The notes below the pieces were generated by a model, which made no database searches, was not told where the DNA came from, and worked only from the letters and a program-made list of their open reading frames with translations. Positions 59,514-64,000 of a stretch of 64,000 nucleotides of DNA are shown piece after piece (position 1 is the first letter of the stretch; every line of letters starts with the position of its first letter). Made by a program: the position numbers and the translations under genes. Location of the stretch: the NCBI GenBank assembly GCA_965202625.1, contig CBDBBI010000010.1:2688001-2752000 (forward strand), read 5' to 3'. The DNA is from a bacterium. Its GTDB lineage: Bacteria > UBA8248.

Positions 59514-60731
59514 TTAAAGCGGATTGCGCGGGAGCAAAGCGAGGGGTTTCAAGAGCAAACCCCGGATGTCAATGGCGTTGCGCCGTTTCACGGTTTGGAC
59601 CATATAGCCTGCAATGAGGGCTAAAAATATGTTCGGCCCCCATACGGCGAAGGAGGGATGAATTCGCCCGTTCTCTCCCATCCCTTCGGCAAAGGTGAGA
59701 ATTACGTAATAGAGAATCAGGACACCCAGGCTCAGGGCGAAACCACCGTGACGTCCTGAGCGTCGGTTTTGCGCTCCAAGAGGTGCTCCCAGGAAAGCCA
59801 GAATGAGGCAGGCGAAAGGAATGGCGAATTTCTTGTGTATCTCCACGAGAATGGCGTTATATCGGATCGTTCCTGGTTTTTGTTGTTTTAATTTTCTTCT
59901 GAGCGCGCTTAACGGAAAAGAGGGCAGGCTCGTCCGAAGCGCTTTCGATTTCCCGATAGTGGTCGTGAGGTCCAGGTTGAGGTCGTATGTCTCGAAGCGA
60001 GTAACTTGATAATGATTGTTATGGAGGGCGAAAAGGTTGTGCGTGCTTGTTTTTTTGCGAGGGGCTTTTTCAGTGCCGCCGACCGTATGAACAGTTCCCC
60101 TGACGAGACGCAGCCATACTTTCGGGGACATGGGAGATTTGATGAGCATACCATGGTCCGCGAAGATGACCTGGTTCTTTTCCTTTTCTCTCGTATTCGA
60201 AATTATGATCCCTCGCATGATCTTGCTCAACGCTTCGACTTCTTGAACGTAGATCATGATTCCGTCGAATCTGTCGTTGAAAACCTGCTCCCGCACCTCG
60301 AATGCAGCGGTTCGGCTGCGGAGTATCCGCTGGCTGAGCTCCAGGGTGGTGCTTTGGCTCCAGGGAAGAGCAAATATCATGAGGAATCCACTCAGAGCCG
60401 TGGCGGCTATTCCGGTAACTCCCACAGGGATGAGCTGAGAGTAAAAACTCACACCAGAGGCGGTTATCGCGACAAACTCGCTGTCGCTTGACAAACGGCT
60501 GAACGTCATTATGCAGGCGATGAGAATAGAGATGGGCAATGTCGCCAGGAGAAGAACGGGTAGGGCGGCGAAAAGGAATTGCGCCACAATCGAGAACGGC
60601 ACTCCTCGGTTCAGCACCAAATCCGTGAATTGTAGCATTTTGTTGAGTAGAAGGATGAACGTCAGAAAAAATAACGATATGAGGAGATAGGATGCCAGTT
60701 CGCCCAGAATGTATCGGTGTAGTATTTTCAA
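59514..60731 (-). CDS. lptF: LPS export ABC transporter permease LptF
   Basis: RYILGEL, RLSSDSE..A..ASG.S, EIHKKFAIP, WGPN. Confidence 0.9.
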   Translation of the reverse strand: MKILHRYILGELASYLLISLFFLTFILLLNKMLQFTDLVLNRGVPFSIVAQFLFAALPVLLLATLPISILIACIMTFSRLSSDSEFVAITASGVSFYSQLIPVGVTGIAATALSGFLMIFALPWSQSTTLELSQRILRSRTAAFEVREQVFNDRFDGIMIYVQEVEALSKIMRGIIISNTREKEKNQVIFADHGMLIKSPMSPKVWLRLVRGTVHTVGGTEKAPRKKTSTHNLFALHNNHYQVTRFETYDLNLDLTTTIGKSKALRTSLPSFPLSALRRKLKQQKPGTIRYNAILVEIHKKFAIPFACLILAFLGAPLGAQNRRSGRHGGFALSLGVLILYYVILTFAEGMGENGRIHPSFAVWGPNIFLALIAGYMVQTVKRRNAIDIRGLLLKPLALLPRNPL

Positions 60732-60818
60732 TAGGGATCCTCTGGGAGGCGTTCACCGAACGCTCCTATATCACCCTATACGAGCAGTTGCCGGATTGCA
60801 AAGCGTTTTTCCCGCTCG

Positions 60819-60847
60819 TTGACGCTCATGGCATCGGTTGATAGCGT
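60819..60847 (+). promoter_or_regulatory. Sigma70-like promoter for the waaF operon
   Basis: TTGACG-N17-TAGCGT with a TGn extension. Confidence 0.4.
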
Positions 60848-60924
60848 TGAAAAAAGGGGGAGTTTTGCTTCGTCGTGCCTCTCGGGGCCGTGGCGCGGAG
60901 CGGCTCTTGGAGGAGGAATAGGGA

Positions 60925-62013
60925 TTGAGCAGTGACGTTCAGAAGAGGGAATTGCACCTGGTAGTGGCTCCTACGTGGATAGGCGACACGGCCATGGCCG
61001 CTCCTTTTTTCTCATCGTTGCGCAAGGCGCATCCCGGAGCGAGGGTGATGGCGGTGGCGGGCCCCTGGACTTCCGGTCTACTTCGCAGCTTTCCCTGGAT
61101 AGATCGAGTCTTGTCGGTCGATGAGGGGAAATGGAGAAGATTCTTTTCGCTGAAGGGGATGCTGAAGGGTGAGACGGTAGACTGTGCGTGGATTCTGCCC
61201 AATGGTTTTCGCGCGGCGTTGCTGGCGAGGTGGTTGGGGGCGAGGCGCCGCATCGGGTACGTCGTCGACGCTCGAGGCTGGCTCTTGAGCGATGGCGTGC
61301 TCCGCTCGCCGAACGCGCCTCATTTGGCGGATTATTATCTTCGTCTTCTTGAGGCGCAAGGATACACGACCCAGCCCCAGGTGGATGATTTCTATATCAC
61401 GCCAAAGGCGCAAGAATTCGCAGAGAATTTGTTAGAGGGGCATTCTGGCGGTGAAGGTGCCCCGTTGGTGGGTGTCCACCCCGGGGCTTTTTTTGGCGAG
61501 TCGAAGACCTGGCCGCTGGAGCACTTCAAAGCGCTCATCCACCGTCTCATCGACGGCGAGGGGGCCCGGGTCTTCATATTGGGCGGGCCGGGCGAACTGG
61601 TACTTGCGGAGAAATTGGACACGATGTCTGGCCGGCGCGCGACGAATCTGGCCGGAAAGGACACTTTACAAACGCTGCCCGCTTTGTTGTCTCGCTTGGA
61701 CGTGCTTATATCCGGCGACACGGGCCCGCTTCACGTGGCGGCGCTCGTCGGCACGGCAACGATTGCGCTGTTTGGCCCTACGGATTATCGTCAAACGGCT
61801 CCAAAAGGCCTTCGGGCCCGGACCATTCATAAGAATCTCGATTGTAGCCCGTGTTTTCAGAGGACATGTCCGCTCCGTCATCACGACTGCATGAAGCGGA
61901 TTACGCCTGAAGAAGTGGCGGCCGAGGCCGTAGGGTTGCTACGTCAAAAATTTGAGGCGCGCAAGAGTGGAAATAGAGGAAGTCATGCCCATGAGGCCGG
62001 CGATATTTTTTGA
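60925..62013 (+). CDS. waaF: LPS heptosyltransferase II (GT9)
   Basis: PTWIGD, HPGA.FG.SK.WP, NLAGK, DTGPLHVAA, CSPCFQRTCP..H.CM. Confidence 0.9.
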   Translation: MSSDVQKRELHLVVAPTWIGDTAMAAPFFSSLRKAHPGARVMAVAGPWTSGLLRSFPWIDRVLSVDEGKWRRFFSLKGMLKGETVDCAWILPNGFRAALLARWLGARRRIGYVVDARGWLLSDGVLRSPNAPHLADYYLRLLEAQGYTTQPQVDDFYITPKAQEFAENLLEGHSGGEGAPLVGVHPGAFFGESKTWPLEHFKALIHRLIDGEGARVFILGGPGELVLAEKLDTMSGRRATNLAGKDTLQTLPALLSRLDVLISGDTGPLHVAALVGTATIALFGPTDYRQTAPKGLRARTIHKNLDCSPCFQRTCPLRHHDCMKRITPEEVAAEAVGLLRQKFEARKSGNRGSHAHEAGDIF

Positions 62014-62569
62014 CAGGGATGGAACTTTGAATCGTGACGTGGGCTATGTCACCCATCTTGACATATATGAACTCCTGCCGAGGGCGGCGGCGGCTGTGCG
62101 AAAGGTGAACGAGGCGGGGTGGCTCGCCATACTGATTACGAATCAGGCGGGCGTGGCCAGAGGCTACTTTCCGGAATCCTTTTTGGAAAGAGTGCATCGC
62201 AAACTCCGGAACGAGCTCGGCACCAAAGGAGCACGGCTCGATGCGATCTATTACTGTCCACACGCTCCGAATGGAGACGTCCCCGGTTATGTGTTCGATT
62301 GCAAGATGCGAAAGCCCTATCCCGGCATGGTTTTGAAAGCGGCGGCGGAGTGCGACGTCGATTTGGAGCGATCCGTCATGCTGGGAGATAAATACTCCGA
62401 TTTGGAGGCAGGCTGGCGTGCGGGTTGCAGGTCGGGCCTGTTGCTCACGGGGTATGGACGGGGGGAGAGAGAACTGCGCGGTTCTCAGTGGCCCCGTCAG
62501 CCGGATTTCGTGGCGCAAGATGCGTATCATGCAGTGGAGATCGTTTTGGGCGCGGCGGGGAATTGCTAG
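61985..62569 (+). CDS. gmhB: D,D-heptose 1,7-bisphosphate phosphatase
   Basis: FDRDGTLN, TNQAG, CPH, RKP.PGM, GDK.SD. Confidence 0.92.
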   Translation: MPMRPAIFFDRDGTLNRDVGYVTHLDIYELLPRAAAAVRKVNEAGWLAILITNQAGVARGYFPESFLERVHRKLRNELGTKGARLDAIYYCPHAPNGDVPGYVFDCKMRKPYPGMVLKAAAECDVDLERSVMLGDKYSDLEAGWRAGCRSGLLLTGYGRGERELRGSQWPRQPDFVAQDAYHAVEIVLGAAGNC

Positions 62570-62570
62570 T

Positions 62571-63563
62571 ATGGATTCGAAACTGGCGGAATACGTCGAA
62601 AAATTTTCATCAGCCCGCGTGGCGGTGCTCGGCGATTTCATCGCGGATGAATTCATCCACGGCGCCACCTCTCGCATCAGCAGGGAGGCGCCCGTTCTCG
62701 TTCTGGATTTCATTGGCCGCGACGTCGTTCCCGGCGGTGGAGGCAACGCGGCTATGAACGCGGCAGCTCTAGGCGGAAATGTGAGCGCGATCGGCGTTTT
62801 GGGCGCCGATGACATGGGCGAGGCTCTCTGTCGCGAGATGGGGCACCACAGGGTCGACACGAAGTGTTTGTGGGAAGACGCCGAGCGCGTCACCCCCACG
62901 AAGACGCGCGTGATGGCGGGCGGCCGAAACACCACGCGCCAGCAGGTGATTCGGGTGGATCGTGAAAAACGGTTGGAGATGAGCGCGCGGTTTGAGTCTC
63001 GAATGGTGCACGAAATCGAACGGATAGGAAGTGACGGCGTGGACGCCCTCATCGTCTCTGACTATGGCTTGGGGGTTGTGACGAATGTCGTGAAGGCGTC
63101 GATTCGGAAATTGCCTGAAAAGATGGTCGTCACCGTAGACAGCCGATATGGGGGGGACTCGTTTTTGGGCGTCACCGCCATCACGCCCAACGAAGAGGAA
63201 GTGGAGGAGTTGCTCGGCTATCGCCCCGATGGGGATCATCTTGACGACGCTGGTGCCGCTTTGCTTCAAAAAACGGGCGCCCGAGGAGTGTTGATCACCC
63301 GGGGCGACAAAGGGATGAGCCTCTTTGAAGGGAATTCTCCAAGGTTTGACGTCCCTATTCATGGTTCAAGCCAGGTGCTTGACGTGACTGGGGCGGGAGA
63401 TACGGTGATCGCCGCGTTCACGCTCTCCCTGGCCGTGGGCGCGTCGATGCGGGAGGCGGCGGAGATCGCCAATCGGGCGGCAGGACTGGTGGTGATGAAG
63501 GCCGGGACGACGGTGGTGGAGCCTCGCGAGCTTCTGGCCACGTTCGAGGAGGATGGCGTGTGA
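62571..63563 (+). CDS. hldA: D-glycero-D-manno-heptose-7-phosphate kinase (stand-alone RfaE domain I, HldA)
   Basis: [38 protein letters not shown]. Confidence 0.9.
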   Translation: MDSKLAEYVEKFSSARVAVLGDFIADEFIHGATSRISREAPVLVLDFIGRDVVPGGGGNAAMNAAALGGNVSAIGVLGADDMGEALCREMGHHRVDTKCLWEDAERVTPTKTRVMAGGRNTTRQQVIRVDREKRLEMSARFESRMVHEIERIGSDGVDALIVSDYGLGVVTNVVKASIRKLPEKMVVTVDSRYGGDSFLGVTAITPNEEEVEELLGYRPDGDHLDDAGAALLQKTGARGVLITRGDKGMSLFEGNSPRFDVPIHGSSQVLDVTGAGDTVIAAFTLSLAVGASMREAAEIANRAAGLVVMKAGTTVVEPRELLATFEEDGV

Positions 63564-64000
63564 GCCTCGGAGAAAGAGCGTGTCGGGGGAAGTGGATGCA
63601 GATGGATGCGCTGAAGCCGGCGTTGGAAGGATTACGCGAACAAGGCAAGCGCATCGTGTTTGCCAACGGGTGCTTCGACATCCTCCACGTCGGGCACGTG
63701 CGTTATTTCCGCGCCGCGAAAGAAAACGGGGACGTGCTGGTGGTGGCGGTCAACAGCGACGTCTCGGCGCGCGAGCTGAAGGGAGAGGGGCGACCGTACG
63801 TGGCACAGGATGAGCGTCTCGAGATACTCTCCGCCCTGGAGCCGATCAATTATCTTCTGCTGTTCGATGCGCTCAATGTGTCGAGCCTTTTGCTCGCCCT
63901 GAAACCCGACGTTCACGCCAAGGGGACGGACTACACACCGGAGACGGTCCCTGAACGGGAGACTGTCCGAAGCTATGGCGGGGAAGTCGTCATTTGTGGA
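63560..64000 (+). CDS. hldC: Heptose-1-phosphate adenylyltransferase (stand-alone RfaE domain II, HldC), truncated by window edge
   Basis: Hand translation from GTG 63560 (GTGA overlap): [38 protein letters not shown]. Confidence 0.9.
   Translation, partial: MSLGERACRGKWMQMDALKPALEGLREQGKRIVFANGCFDILHVGHVRYFRAAKENGDVLVVAVNSDVSARELKGEGRPYVAQDERLEILSALEPINYLLLFDALNVSSLLLALKPDVHAKGTDYTPETVPERETVRSYGGEVVICG

Noticed and set aside
61901-63052. 383-aa minus-strand ORF
   Set aside because: Antisense shadow of gmhB and hldA.
1-64000. CRISPR arrays, rRNA, tRNA, IS elements, integrases or prophage genes
   Set aside because: I saw no spaced repeats, cloverleafs or transposase/integrase motifs by eye. 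A small ncRNA could still be missed without a covariance-model scan.

Overview
A chromosomal window from a moderately GC-rich diderm (LPS-making) bacterium. The gene order suggests a Nitrospinota/Tectomicrobia/deltaproteobacteria-like lineage, but this is inference only. The first ~16 kb is accessory metabolism. It holds the 3' end of alanine dehydrogenase and a minus-strand cluster of HMG-CoA-lyase-like gene, Na+-translocating acyl-CoA decarboxylase (alpha/delta/gamma/beta), family III CoA-transferase and GntR regulator, preceded by a frameshifted enolase-superfamily gene. Next come hpt, Fe-ADH and mocA, then divergently a cyclase, a Zn-ADH relic, flavin reductase, HAD hydrolase, GATase and cinA. 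The remaining ~48 kb is core machinery: M23 peptidase, gamma-CA, ppx-like, yceD-rpmF-plsX-fabH-fabD-acpP-fabF-rnc (no fabG), smc-ftsY, PBP1A, an HNH pseudogene, uvrB-uvrC-lnt-prfB(+1 frameshift)-lysS-lolE-lolD-clpC-bamA-skp-lpxD-fabZ-lpxA-gnnA-like-lpxI-lpxB-DUF374-waaA-lpxK, lptGF and waaF-gmhB-hldA-hldC. The best candidate for an undescribed system is the CoA-transferase plus Na+-pump decarboxylase operon, which has no mutase or epimerase nearby. Other leads are signs of a diamino-sugar lipid A pathway, three eroded pseudogenes and a chain of small ORFs with strong RBSs. I saw no rRNA, tRNA, CRISPR array or intact mobile element. All calls come from motif recognition by eye, with no database searches.
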